Assembly (NCBI GenBank): GCA_963835575.1
Contig: CAWIGG010000004.1
Coordinates: 96,001 to 160,000 of the forward strand
DNA length: 64,000 nt
DNA from: an uncultured Spirochaetota bacterium
GTDB taxonomy: Bacteria; Spirochaetota; Brevinematia; Brevinematales; JAOACQ01
Reading direction: 5' to 3'
Part shown: positions 19,229 through 28,835 of the stretch, piece after piece
Layout: each line of letters begins with the position of its first letter
Numbering within the stretch: position 1 is the stretch's first letter
The notes under the pieces: generated by a model
Databases searched by the model: none
The model's input: the letters and a program-made list of their open reading frames with translations, nothing else
Told to the model about the DNA's origin: nothing
Program-made: the position numbers and the translations under genes

Positions 19229-19569
19229 TATTCAATAAAATTACTTTTTCTTAATAGTCCTTTTTTTTTCTTTGCCCGTTTTATTATTTTATTATTTGTG
19301 TTTCTGTACGGTGATTTAAATTTACCCCGCCCTTTTTTCCCGTTAAGGAAAGGTTTCTGCAGATCCGGAAGAGCGATGTCTTTTTTGAATTCGTCCACTC
19401 CCAGCGATTCTTCAAGCTCATTCCGTAACCCTCTCGCCTGTTCCTGGAATTTATTCAAGGTCGCCATCCATTTTCCGATTTTCCGCAGGATCTTCGGGAT
19501 GTCCTGCGGGCAGATAAAAAATATCAATATAAGGATCAGGAGTATTTCTCCGAACCAGTTTTCCAGCAT
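19228..19569 (-). CDS. tatB: Twin-arginine translocase subunit, TatB-like
   Basis: FGEILLILILIFFICPQDIPKILRKIGKW followed by amphipathic helix; adjacent to tatC. Confidence 0.7.
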   Translation of the reverse strand: MLENWFGEILLILILIFFICPQDIPKILRKIGKWMATLNKFQEQARGLRNELEESLGVDEFKKDIALPDLQKPFLNGKKGRGKFKSPYRNTNNKIIKRAKKKKGLLRKSNFIE

Positions 19570-20279
19570 TATCCGGCTCCTATCTTAAAAATGGACGCCG
19601 CCGCCAGGGTCAGAAGATAAAGGCCGATCATCGGCAGCGCAAGGGATATCTGTGATATAACATCCGGGGCAAATACGGCCGCGATAATAAATATGATGAT
19701 CACGACATATTTAAAATTTTTTATCAGCATTTTGACAGTCAGTATATTCAGCTGGACCAGTACCAGCAGAACAACCGGAAACTCAAAACAGAGCCCGCAG
19801 CAGAGAAGGAATTTGAAAAAGAATTCAATAAATTTGGAATAATTTATCAGCAAACCGACATTGCCCGGAAAAAATCCTTCCGTCTTAAAAAAACGGACGG
19901 AAACAGGAAGGATTGATTGAAATGAAAAGAAAACACCGACGCTAAAAAGTACGAAAGCCGAAATGATTGAAGCCAGGACAATCCGTTTTTCTCCGGCGGT
20001 CAGACCGGGGAAAATAAAAAGGCAGATTTGAATAATAAAAACAGGCAGCGCGCAGATACAGCCGAAAATAAGGGAAACGTTCATCCGGGTCAGGAAGCCT
20101 TCCACAATAGTGTTGATATAGAGCTTTTCCCCAAGGATCGAAGATACGATTTGAATGAAATGGGGGAAAATGATATATCCGATAATGGCGAACGCCATAA
20201 TAGCCGCCAGAACCCACAACAGGCGGTTCCGGAGCTCGATAATATGCCCGATAAATGGAAGTTCCCCGGCTTTTTTCAT
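19569..20279 (-). CDS. tatC: Twin-arginine translocase subunit TatC
   Basis: HIIELRNRL, FIFPGLTAGEK, FEFPV, APDVISQISLALPM. Confidence 0.93.
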   Translation of the reverse strand: MKKAGELPFIGHIIELRNRLLWVLAAIMAFAIIGYIIFPHFIQIVSSILGEKLYINTIVEGFLTRMNVSLIFGCICALPVFIIQICLFIFPGLTAGEKRIVLASIISAFVLFSVGVFFSFQSILPVSVRFFKTEGFFPGNVGLLINYSKFIEFFFKFLLCCGLCFEFPVVLLVLVQLNILTVKMLIKNFKYVVIIIFIIAAVFAPDVISQISLALPMIGLYLLTLAAASIFKIGAG

Positions 20280-20282
20280 ACT

Positions 20283-20549
20283 TTACTTTTTAGAGGCCGC
20301 TCTTTTCTTTACAGGGGCCTTTTTTACCGATCTTTTTTGAGCGGCTGAAGTCCTTTTCCCTGTATTTCTTTTCGGCCTGGTCCCGGTGGGCTTTTCACGG
20401 GCGGTCTGGTCCTCTTCTTCCGCCTCGCGCAGTCCTTTCTTTAATTCTTTAAAACCTTCGCCGATCGCTTTGCCCAACTGGGGAAGCCTTGCCGCTCCGA
20501 AAATCAGGACCACCACAAGGACAATCAGTAATATTTCGCCTAATTTCAT
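20283..20549 (-). CDS. tatA: Twin-arginine translocase subunit TatA
   Basis: EILLIVLVVVLIFGAARLPQLGKAIGEGFKELKKG. Confidence 0.92.
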   Translation of the reverse strand: MKLGEILLIVLVVVLIFGAARLPQLGKAIGEGFKELKKGLREAEEEDQTAREKPTGTRPKRNTGKRTSAAQKRSVKKAPVKKRAASKK

Positions 20550-20707
20550 AAAATAAAAAAACCTCTCATCTGTTATATTTCTTTTACCAAATCCGGCGGC
20601 TTTTAATCACAGGAGATATTATTTATAACTTGTTCCGGAGTTTCCGTCAAGTTAGGCGGCGCCTTTAGTTTTTTTAATTATGTCCAATGGAATATAGTAA
20701 ATTTGCG

Positions 20708-20932
20708 GGCAGTTCCTGAAATATTGGATTAATGGGATTGCCGGATAGCTAAGTTTCACGGATAAAAAAATATAAAAAAACACTTGCAATATAATAGTTA
20801 TTAATTAACATGTGGCAGTTCTGAAAATGATAAAAAATCAAGGAATTTAGAACATCTTATTCTTCAAGTACAAGATTTTAGGCATTTCCAAAAACACCAA
20901 TTTGATTTTTATGGTAGTTTTTTGGAAATGCC
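20708..20932. repeat. Cluster of family C hairpins (GGCAGTTC.../GGCATTTCC...)
   Basis: Three related inverted repeats; the last is a perfect 14-bp IR GGCATTTCCAAAAA/TTTTTGGAAATGCC (20881-20932). Confidence 0.7.
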
Positions 20933-20960
20933 CATGTTGTAAGAGTTCGGGAGGGTTAAT

Positions 20961-22151
20961 TTGACCGAAAGGTTCCTGTCTTTAACCGTTCTGCTGATTA
21001 TTTTTACCGCACCGGCTTACGCGGATAGTCTCTATTATGCCCAGAAGATCGGGATTTCATACGATAAGAAAAGCGATGCCGCCGGAATTTGCGCCATTCT
21101 TCAAAAAAACATTCTCGCGTTTTCCGAGGGCGATACGAATATCCTTTTATATCCCGGTGAAAAATCCGACCTCGAAACCATCGGGTTGAAAGAAATAAAC
21201 GCCGGTGTTATGATTACATTGGCGAAAAAAGGGGTGAATTACAAAGTCAGCCTTTACCAGACCGGCGACAAAACGGTCCTTCTTGACGATACCGTGGAAA
21301 TTGGAGGCAAGGACATTGTGTCTTCAGTACTGACGGCGGCTCGGAAGCTTTTCGATATTTTGAAAGCCGATTTTCCCCTGAAGAAAAAAGAAGAGCTCAA
21401 AACGGTTGAGGTTGTCAAGGTCGGCGTGAGCGAGTTTGAATCCGCCATTCCTGTTTTCAGCGTCCGATTGATCCCGGGATTCAGCGCGGTCAGCTCAGGG
21501 CTGGGTTTTTCGAGTAATGAAATAGGCACTAATTTAAGCGGCAATGGCTTTTCCCTCCAGCTGGAAGGGATTTTCAGCTGCCTCGAGTGGAACGCCTGGC
21601 TTGGCGCCGGTATGTTCCATTACGGAGAATACGGCGACACATACCGTTTTCACACAGGGGCGGGTTACGGAATATTCGGCAGTCTGATCATCCTCGGCCT
21701 GGACGCGGATTTTTTCTTTTCCCGATTCAAACCAGGCGGCGGGCAAACTGTAACACCGAATATCAATTTTCCTTCTGCCGATATCTTTACATTTACAATC
21801 GGTCCGGTTTTTCAGTTTAACATTACAAAGACTTATTACATACAGGTTTCAGCGGGCATTCCTCTGGGCACGGCTTCCGCGGACCTGAATTTCAACCAGC
21901 AGGGCATTACAAATTATAAAATCAAACTCACTAACCCCGCAGGTCCTCCCTTCCTGCATTTTCTTTTTAATTTTGAGGTCGCCCCGAAATGGAGAATCGG
22001 CCTGGATTATTTTATGTATTCGGCCGGGTTGGATTTTGATTTACAGCAGGATTGGATAAACGCGGGCTATGACATCACAGGCGGAACATATATTAAAGCT
22101 TATAAGTATAGCCTGACTCAAATAGGTCTGGGAATCGAATATGAATTATAG
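20961..22151 (+). CDS. Exported protein, probable outer-membrane beta-barrel
   Basis: Signal peptide (AYA-D); amphipathic C-terminal strands ending GLGIEYEL. Confidence 0.6.
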   Translation: MTERFLSLTVLLIIFTAPAYADSLYYAQKIGISYDKKSDAAGICAILQKNILAFSEGDTNILLYPGEKSDLETIGLKEINAGVMITLAKKGVNYKVSLYQTGDKTVLLDDTVEIGGKDIVSSVLTAARKLFDILKADFPLKKKEELKTVEVVKVGVSEFESAIPVFSVRLIPGFSAVSSGLGFSSNEIGTNLSGNGFSLQLEGIFSCLEWNAWLGAGMFHYGEYGDTYRFHTGAGYGIFGSLIILGLDADFFFSRFKPGGGQTVTPNINFPSADIFTFTIGPVFQFNITKTYYIQVSAGIPLGTASADLNFNQQGITNYKIKLTNPAGPPFLHFLFNFEVAPKWRIGLDYFMYSAGLDFDLQQDWINAGYDITGGTYIKAYKYSLTQIGLGIEYEL

Positions 22152-23406
22152 ATATTTTATTTTGATTTTATTGCTGTTATGCGCGGCAGGCCGGGCTTTA
22201 CCGGCTGAAAAGTGGAACGTGCTCGTCGCCTCCTGGGATGACCAGTCGCTGAAGCGCGACAGGAATGTCGGGCTCATACTCAGGAAATCCATTTCCGCGG
22301 AACTCGGCAGGCAGGAAAATTTCAGGGTGGTCCCGGGACTGCTTACAAATGTTCCCGTAGCGGGATACAGCGAGGCCGTTTCCCTCGGCCATGACGCAAA
22401 GGCCGACATTATAGTCTACGGCAGTTATTTTATCGAGAAAGATAAACTCCTGGTAACCGCCGAGGTTTACGACATACTTGAGAACAGGCTGAAAATGCGC
22501 CGAGTATATACGGGCGCAGTCACTGTCGATATTTTCGATACCATCGATTCGATGGCTTCCGATATAGTAGACAAAATAAAAGAAGTCCTGCCGGAAATGA
22601 CCGCCGAGAACGAAACAAGAGTTAAAAAGATCCGGAAGACCCTTTATGAAAAGGAAAAGGTGAATATTAAAAGACAGCTCTATACCCGTTTCGGTTTTTT
22701 GACTGATATCGGAAGTAAAAACTTGAATTGGAACCTGCAAAACGGCGGGTCCAGCAACAGTATTAATGGGAGCTGGCCCATCACTTCAATGGAAGTAGGG
22801 CTTGCCTTTCGTTACTGGAACATCAGGTTCGACTTTGATATTTCGGGTTTGCCCGGACTGCCGTATTACGACTGGAACCTCGGTAATGCCGGTTTTACGG
22901 AGACGGTGCCGAACATTGTATCTTTTTTCTTTTCATATTATCTCCCCTGGTGGGGCGAATCCTTTGCCGCCGGATTTGGGTTTTTATTTCAAAACGAGCT
23001 ATCAGCGACAAATAAGGACAGCGGTTTTCACAAGCAGTTTTACACAACGCAAATGTCCAAGGGTTTGCCGTACGGCTTCATCCTCATCTGGAACCCGGTG
23101 CATGAGCTTGAATTGGCCCTCCAGTTTTCACCATTATTCGGCTTGAGCGGCGAGAATTATTCGAGCGGCAGCGGCAGCGACGCGATGTCTTATGATTTTC
23201 CTCCCCTGACAATCGGCGCGATCTATTTCTTCGGGGACCTCGGCCTTTCGATAAGATTTTCGTTTGCCAGCGGGCATTACTACGAATGGAATATTAATGA
23301 CGGCTGGAAAGATTTTAACAATAATATTAACCAGCTGGAAGTAAACTCGGCTTTCCAGGATATGTTCATCAGCCTCGGAGTGGTCTACAGGGTGGATTTC
23401 CTGTAA
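22141..23406 (+). CDS. Exported protein with TolB-N/FlgO-like N-domain and probable beta-barrel
   Basis: Signal peptide; ADIIVYGSY...VTAEVYD; C-terminal SLGVVYRVDFL; overlaps the previous gene. Confidence 0.6.
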   Translation: MNYRYFILILLLLCAAGRALPAEKWNVLVASWDDQSLKRDRNVGLILRKSISAELGRQENFRVVPGLLTNVPVAGYSEAVSLGHDAKADIIVYGSYFIEKDKLLVTAEVYDILENRLKMRRVYTGAVTVDIFDTIDSMASDIVDKIKEVLPEMTAENETRVKKIRKTLYEKEKVNIKRQLYTRFGFLTDIGSKNLNWNLQNGGSSNSINGSWPITSMEVGLAFRYWNIRFDFDISGLPGLPYYDWNLGNAGFTETVPNIVSFFFSYYLPWWGESFAAGFGFLFQNELSATNKDSGFHKQFYTTQMSKGLPYGFILIWNPVHELELALQFSPLFGLSGENYSSGSGSDAMSYDFPPLTIGAIYFFGDLGLSIRFSFASGHYYEWNINDGWKDFNNNINQLEVNSAFQDMFISLGVVYRVDFL

Positions 23407-23496
23407 TTAGTTAAATATAAATAGAAGCAATCCTTTTTATAAATTTTTAGTCTTAAAAACAAACTGTGTTATAAAAACCGGGTTGGAAGTTTCATA

Positions 23497-24075
23497 TTAT
23501 TTGCTAAACCACATTGCAATTTCGTTTAACTCTTTTCTCGGCCTGGCGTCCGGCGTCTCATCCGCATAACCTAAAGCAACCGCGGCAATCAGTTCAAGTT
23601 TTGTTTTTAAAAAACGGCATATTTCCCTGTCCGTATAGTATATATCGCAGATCCATAATGTGCCCAGGCCCAGGTCTTCCGCAGCTAAAAGCATTGTCTG
23701 CACCGCGGCGCCGATTGATTGAATACCGGACAGACTACTGTAATCCGGGATGATATTAAAAAGCCTTTTAAACTTTCTGCCGGAATTAAATACCAGTATG
23801 ACCGCCGGGGCCTGTTTCATTATTTCCGCTGAGTTTTTACCGCTTCCGGTATTAAGTCCCAGTTTATTCAATATTTTCAATTTATTAAGCATACAATCTG
23901 TCACTTCTTCCTTCTTTTTCCCATCAAGGACGGCAAAGAACCATGGCTGAGTGTTTTTACTGGAAGGGGTTTTTCCCGCGGCAGTCAATATTTTTACAAT
24001 TAATTCACGGGGGACCGGTTTGTTTTTAAATTTCCTTATGCTTCGCCTTTGATTGATGGCATTGAGAGTATCCAT
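23497..24075 (-). CDS. Nitroreductase family protein
   Basis: RRSIRKF, PSSKNTQPW, LLAAEDLGLGTLW, VALGY. Confidence 0.92.
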   Translation of the reverse strand: MDTLNAINQRRSIRKFKNKPVPRELIVKILTAAGKTPSSKNTQPWFFAVLDGKKKEEVTDCMLNKLKILNKLGLNTGSGKNSAEIMKQAPAVILVFNSGRKFKRLFNIIPDYSSLSGIQSIGAAVQTMLLAAEDLGLGTLWICDIYYTDREICRFLKTKLELIAAVALGYADETPDARPRKELNEIAMWFSK

Positions 24076-24104
24076 TAATTAACTCCTTATATGATGTTTG
24101 TTGA

Positions 24105-24132
24105 AAAAGAGGGCGGCAAATAAGAACCGCCC
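24105..24132 (-). terminator. Intrinsic terminator after the AraC gene
   Basis: Minus strand GGGCGG-loop-CCGCCC followed by TCTTTTT. Confidence 0.55.
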
Positions 24133-24154
24133 GCAAAAATCATGAAGCGCTTGT

Positions 24155-25021
24155 TTATTTAACAGGAATATAAATATCCACTTCCGGCTTCTTCAGATTT
24201 ATCCGTCTTTCCTCATACAGCTCAAAATCTTCCGTTTCAGCCCGTTCATACCCTGATTTTGCCAGCCATTCGCCATAGATATAACGCTGAATTTCTTGTA
24301 TTTTATCAGGGATTTTGCCTTTGGCCGTGAAAACGGCATAACGGGATGCCGGAATCACTTTCCCTGTCAATCCTGCCGGTATTTCATCCAGGCTGGGAAC
24401 CTCGCATGCGATCATATAGGCAAATCCTTCCCTCTTATCGTCATAATCGGCGCAGATCCCGTAACAGACGCCCGGGACTATATTTGTAATCTTTTCAAGT
24501 GTTTTTTGTTTCATCACCTTGTCCCAGAACCCGGGTATCTCAATTAAACCCTGATTGTTTTCCGATGTTGTCCTTAATTTAGGCCCCAATACTTTAAAAG
24601 CTTCTTTATAAACTATTTTCGGTTCCATGGTAATTCCTCCAAAATAAAATTTAATTCCGCCTTTCAGAAAGTTCTTCTTTTCATACAGACAGAGCTTTTC
24701 ACGATTTCTTCGGCATTTCCCGGGTGTGATGCCGAAGACTTTTTTGAACGCCCGTGAAAAAGATTCCTGCGATTCGAACCGGTAGTTCAGGGCGATATCG
24801 ATGATCTGCCTGTTTGTGCCGGTCAATTTTTCCGCGGCCGCAGAGAGGCGCCTCTTCCGGACATATCCCATCACAGAATCCCCTGTCATTGTGTGAAAGA
24901 TCCTGTGAAAATGATAGGGCGAAAGATATCCCTGCATCGCGATATCCGCCACAGTCAGATCCTCAGTCAGGTTTGATTCGATATAATCGATCGCTTTCTG
25001 AACACGGTCGAGGTAATACAT
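24155..25021 (-). CDS. AraC-family regulator with GyrI-like effector domain (Rob-like)
   Basis: AIDYIESNL...SPYHFHRIF...FESQESFSRAFKKVFGITP; C-terminal YAVFT...DFELY; GGAGG RBS before ATG 25021. Confidence 0.93.
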   Translation of the reverse strand: MYYLDRVQKAIDYIESNLTEDLTVADIAMQGYLSPYHFHRIFHTMTGDSVMGYVRKRRLSAAAEKLTGTNRQIIDIALNYRFESQESFSRAFKKVFGITPGKCRRNREKLCLYEKKNFLKGGIKFYFGGITMEPKIVYKEAFKVLGPKLRTTSENNQGLIEIPGFWDKVMKQKTLEKITNIVPGVCYGICADYDDKREGFAYMIACEVPSLDEIPAGLTGKVIPASRYAVFTAKGKIPDKIQEIQRYIYGEWLAKSGYERAETEDFELYEERRINLKKPEVDIYIPVK

Positions 25022-25205
25022 GTTTGATCCTCCGGAAAGCTTATGCATTAATTATATCATATATTCCGGTGTTTTTTTTGACCCGTTTTGCTATAATGTA
25101 TTTTCAATTCCGATCAATAAACTGTATATACAGGTTAAAAATGATTTTAATTGATATATCTTTTTTTATGGATTATTATTAATCGGTTTTATTTAAAGGG
25201 AATTT

Positions 25206-26978
25206 ATGCTTATTACTTTAATTTTATGGATTTATATCTCTTTTTTATCAATTGTCTGGGGCCTCATTTTTATTGATATTATTAAAAGGCTTTTCAATTT
25301 AAAGGAAGAAAGCGCGGTGTCCCTTCCTGTTTTATGTTTTATCGGCCTTGGTATGATGAGCCTGATAGCCTTGTTTTTATCCATTTTTATTTCCATCGGG
25401 CTTGCCGCGCATTGCGCCGTAGTATTGCCGGCCGTTATCACTATTTTTATCCGCCGCCGTTTTGTCCTGGATGAGATAAAAAAGCAATTCTTAATTTTTA
25501 AAAATTACAATGCCCTGACAATCATAATGATCGCTTTTTTCGCGCTGATCCTGCTTCTTGAAACTTCGTTGTTCTATCCGGGGAGTTTTGACACGGCCCT
25601 TTATCATGCGCAGGCCATCCGCTGGATAGAGCATTATCCCGCCGTTCCCGGCCTGGGGAATTTTAATATGCAGATGGGATACAACAGCGCCTGGTTTATT
25701 TCCCAGGCGCTCTTCAGCTTTTCATTTATCCCTGGAATGTCGTTTCATATCTTAAACGGCCTATGCTTTTTCTGGACCGTCGTTTTTTTTCTGGACGGCA
25801 TGGACCTGTTCTTCAAAGGAAAAATTTCTTTTTCAGGGATTCTAAAGGCCTTATTGCTGCCGGTTTCCTTTTATCTTTACGCTTCGCTGTCCTCTTCGCC
25901 TTCAACGGATATGCCCGCGGCGCTTTTAACCTGGATTTTGTTTCTCCTGTTTTTAGATAACGCTTCAAATGAAAAGGTTTTCGGGAGCGGTATGACAGGC
26001 TTTGCCGCAGTCTTTTTGACGGCATACCTCATTATCATAAAGCTTTCCGGGCTTCCGCTGGTCCTGTTATTTTTTTATGTTCTCATCCGCCAATATAAAG
26101 CCGGGAATAAAAAAGCTGCTTTTTTTTCAGCGGGCGTTTTTTTATTATTCCTTCTGCCGTGGCTGGCCCGGAATGTCATCCAGACGGGATATCTCATCTA
26201 TCCGTTTGAAAAGATCGATCTTTTTTCCTTTGACTGGAAAGTCCCGCCGGCGGCGGTGCAGTACGATGCCCAATGGATCGGCTTCTGGGCGTTCAAAAAG
26301 CCGGCAGGTATGGGGCTAATAAAATATATTACCGATTGGTTCGGGAGGCTGCCCCTGGAAAATAAAATACTGTTTTATCCTCTAATGATACTGGGGGGAT
26401 TGAGCTTAATTATTACGATCTGCCAGCTGTTTAGAAAGCGGCTTATGCCCGGCCGGATGAATTGGAATAGCGCTGCTCTCATTGTCCTGGCAGTGGACAT
26501 GACAAGCGTCATTTTCCTGTTTTTGACAGCGCCGGCCTTCCGGTTCGGCGCCGGCGTTCTTGTTTTTATCTGCATTTTTTTCATTGCCGGGGCACTCCGT
26601 CATGCCGGGATGCGATTTGGCAGGTATATCGCCCCGGCTGTGAAATCCGCGGCAGTTGTTTTAATTCCCCTTCTGCTCCTCATAGAGGTATTCTCGGTAT
26701 TGAGGTATTTCCCGCGGACAGACGCCGCTTATTTTTATATTGAGGATAAACCCGCAAATCTGTTGAACAGGTTTATTCTGCCGGCGCCGTATCCAGAGAA
26801 CGATAAAAATAAAATGGTCTCTTTTAAATTTCCATCGAATATGACGCTTTATGTTCCGAAAATAGGGGATGGCGCTTACAGCTGGTACGATCCCTTCCCT
26901 TCCAGCGCCTACTATTATCAGGATATTCAATTGAGGGGAGCGTCGCTCCGGGAAGGTTTCCGGCGCCCATTAAGGTAA
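25206..26978 (+). CDS. Polytopic membrane protein (GT-C glycosyltransferase-like, LIC_10190-type)
   Basis: Many TMs; DTALYHAQAIRW...VPGLGN, SSPSTD, RNVIQTGYLIYP, APAFRFG. Confidence 0.65.
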   Translation: MLITLILWIYISFLSIVWGLIFIDIIKRLFNLKEESAVSLPVLCFIGLGMMSLIALFLSIFISIGLAAHCAVVLPAVITIFIRRRFVLDEIKKQFLIFKNYNALTIIMIAFFALILLLETSLFYPGSFDTALYHAQAIRWIEHYPAVPGLGNFNMQMGYNSAWFISQALFSFSFIPGMSFHILNGLCFFWTVVFFLDGMDLFFKGKISFSGILKALLLPVSFYLYASLSSSPSTDMPAALLTWILFLLFLDNASNEKVFGSGMTGFAAVFLTAYLIIIKLSGLPLVLLFFYVLIRQYKAGNKKAAFFSAGVFLLFLLPWLARNVIQTGYLIYPFEKIDLFSFDWKVPPAAVQYDAQWIGFWAFKKPAGMGLIKYITDWFGRLPLENKILFYPLMILGGLSLIITICQLFRKRLMPGRMNWNSAALIVLAVDMTSVIFLFLTAPAFRFGAGVLVFICIFFIAGALRHAGMRFGRYIAPAVKSAAVVLIPLLLLIEVFSVLRYFPRTDAAYFYIEDKPANLLNRFILPAPYPENDKNKMVSFKFPSNMTLYVPKIGDGAYSWYDPFPSSAYYYQDIQLRGASLREGFRRPLR

Positions 26979-26985
26979 GATTAAA

Positions 26986-27264
26986 TTATTTCCAGATAAA
27001 CCTTATTTCCACCCGCCTGTTTTTGGCCCGGTTTTCATCGGATGTGTTGGGGACAAGCGGTTTTTCCTTGCCCCAGCCTTTGTATGAAATCTGGGAACTC
27101 GACATGCCGTAGGCGATAAAAAGATCGGCGGTGATGAAGATACTGAACCGGAATTATTATTGAGCAGCTTGTTATTCACCTCTTCAATTGAAGTGCAGGA
27201 AAATAGGAAGTCAACCCCCTATAAAAAATATTAAGAATTTGATATTAACGATTCTGATTCTCAT
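26986..27264 (-). pseudogene. Degraded OmpA-domain gene remnant (possibly fused to a lipoprotein N-terminus)
   Basis: MRIRIVNIKFLIFFIGG*, then in another frame FLFSCTSIEE (lipobox-like), then ISYKGWGKEKPLVPNTSDENRAKNRRVEIRFIWK* (OmpA C-terminus). Confidence 0.7.
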
Positions 27265-27287
27265 CTCATTCTTCCAGCATCTCTTAG

Positions 27288-28526
27288 TTAATTTGTGTAA
27301 TGGTGAAGATTTCCCTGGGGTGCACTGTAGCCGCTTCTCATGGTTGAGTTCGTAGCTACGACCATATACCAGAGTTGGCCATTCATGAGAAAAACATTGC
27401 CATCATAATCAGGATAATTTGTTATAGATACGTTTGCTATTTTAGTATAATCTGCCGGCCCGGTTGGCATTATCGAAGCGGAATTTGTATATCGGTATAC
27501 TTCATAGCCGTCAGCCCCGAGCACTACTGACCAGTTCAACTGAGGATTGCCGAGCCAGAAGGATATATCTCCCAGGTCCAGAACCGGCGCGTCCAGGCTT
27601 TTGCCCAGATTGCCAACAACATTGTCGAAGGTTTTAGTGTTATAGCGGTAGAGATCGTAATTGCCTTTACCGTAGCGGTCGGAAGCGAAATAGATCTTAT
27701 AGCCGTCCGCTGTATCGACAAAAGGCTGGATGTCATGATAACCGGATGAATAGCCGGAAAAATCCAGATACTTGATATTCTGGTTTTGATCGATAGCGAA
27801 TCCGGCCAGCAGAAGGCTTCCGCTGCCTGAAATATAGCATTGTATTGGACCGACGGGAATCTGATAACCGTTGGCCGATTGAACCGGCGAAGCTATAGTT
27901 ATGTTGGAAGTCAAACTCCAGGTAACAAAACCTGTTCCGTAATCAAAATATTCTTTTACAACGACAGTCCCATCGCTTATTAGCAACATGTTGCTGAATA
28001 AATTCCCGGTGTCTAAAAGACCGATTTGGATTGCGCTCAAGTTGCTGAAAGCCTGTTGGAACCCAGCCGTCTGCAGTGAGGAATTCAGCTTATAAGTGAT
28101 AATATTTGTGGAATTGCCCAGAGTTCTTATGAAAGAAATATAAGTATTGGTAGAGCCTCCGTAATACCATTTGTATACAACGGGTGAAATCTCATTACTG
28201 ATTGTATTAATATTCGTGTCCATCATCACAGGCTTGCTGAATTTCCCGGCGCTGTCCATTTCGGCAAAATAGATATCATACCCGCTGCTGCCGCCCGGCC
28301 TGTCCGAAGCAAAAAAGAGCCATGCCTTCCCGCCCTCATGGTAAACAAACGGCGTTATTTCGTTATAACTATCGGAGCTGAGATAACCGCTCCCGTCGGC
28401 GAGGGCCAGAAAATCGGCTCCGCTGTCCACGTTATTATTTTGATTATTAAAATAGCCCGAGCAGGCGGCAAGGACCGCGATAAATAGCGCCGCCGCGAAT
28501 AGGGTTAAGATGATGGTCTTCCGCAT
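27288..28526 (-). CDS. Lipoprotein with PD40/TolB-like repeats and FN3-like C-terminus
   Basis: LAAC lipobox; LFFASDRPGG...YDIY and IYFASDRYGKGNYDLY; LNWSVVLGADGYEVYR. Confidence 0.75.
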   Translation of the reverse strand: MRKTIILTLFAAALFIAVLAACSGYFNNQNNNVDSGADFLALADGSGYLSSDSYNEITPFVYHEGGKAWLFFASDRPGGSSGYDIYFAEMDSAGKFSKPVMMDTNINTISNEISPVVYKWYYGGSTNTYISFIRTLGNSTNIITYKLNSSLQTAGFQQAFSNLSAIQIGLLDTGNLFSNMLLISDGTVVVKEYFDYGTGFVTWSLTSNITIASPVQSANGYQIPVGPIQCYISGSGSLLLAGFAIDQNQNIKYLDFSGYSSGYHDIQPFVDTADGYKIYFASDRYGKGNYDLYRYNTKTFDNVVGNLGKSLDAPVLDLGDISFWLGNPQLNWSVVLGADGYEVYRYTNSASIMPTGPADYTKIANVSITNYPDYDGNVFLMNGQLWYMVVATNSTMRSGYSAPQGNLHHYTN

Positions 28527-28835
28527 ATTGTCCTCCTGAAATGGTCCTTTTAATTATTCATTAAGAGACACGCTCAATATTTTAAGAACATTTTTAAGGA
28601 GAAGCGCGAGATTATTCTTTTATAAGATTATATTCCCTGAAATTACAAAAGTCAAATCAGGTTTATTGCCGGACAGGGAGTTTATGCGGTCTTTTATCCG
28701 GAAAAAGGCATATATTAAAATATAACACAAAAAAATGTAAAACAAGCTGTCCGCTAACCATAATTTAAAATATTCCGAAAATTTATATAGTGAATGACAA
28801 TGAAGAATAGTGTTTTAATATAATGGAGGGCAGAA

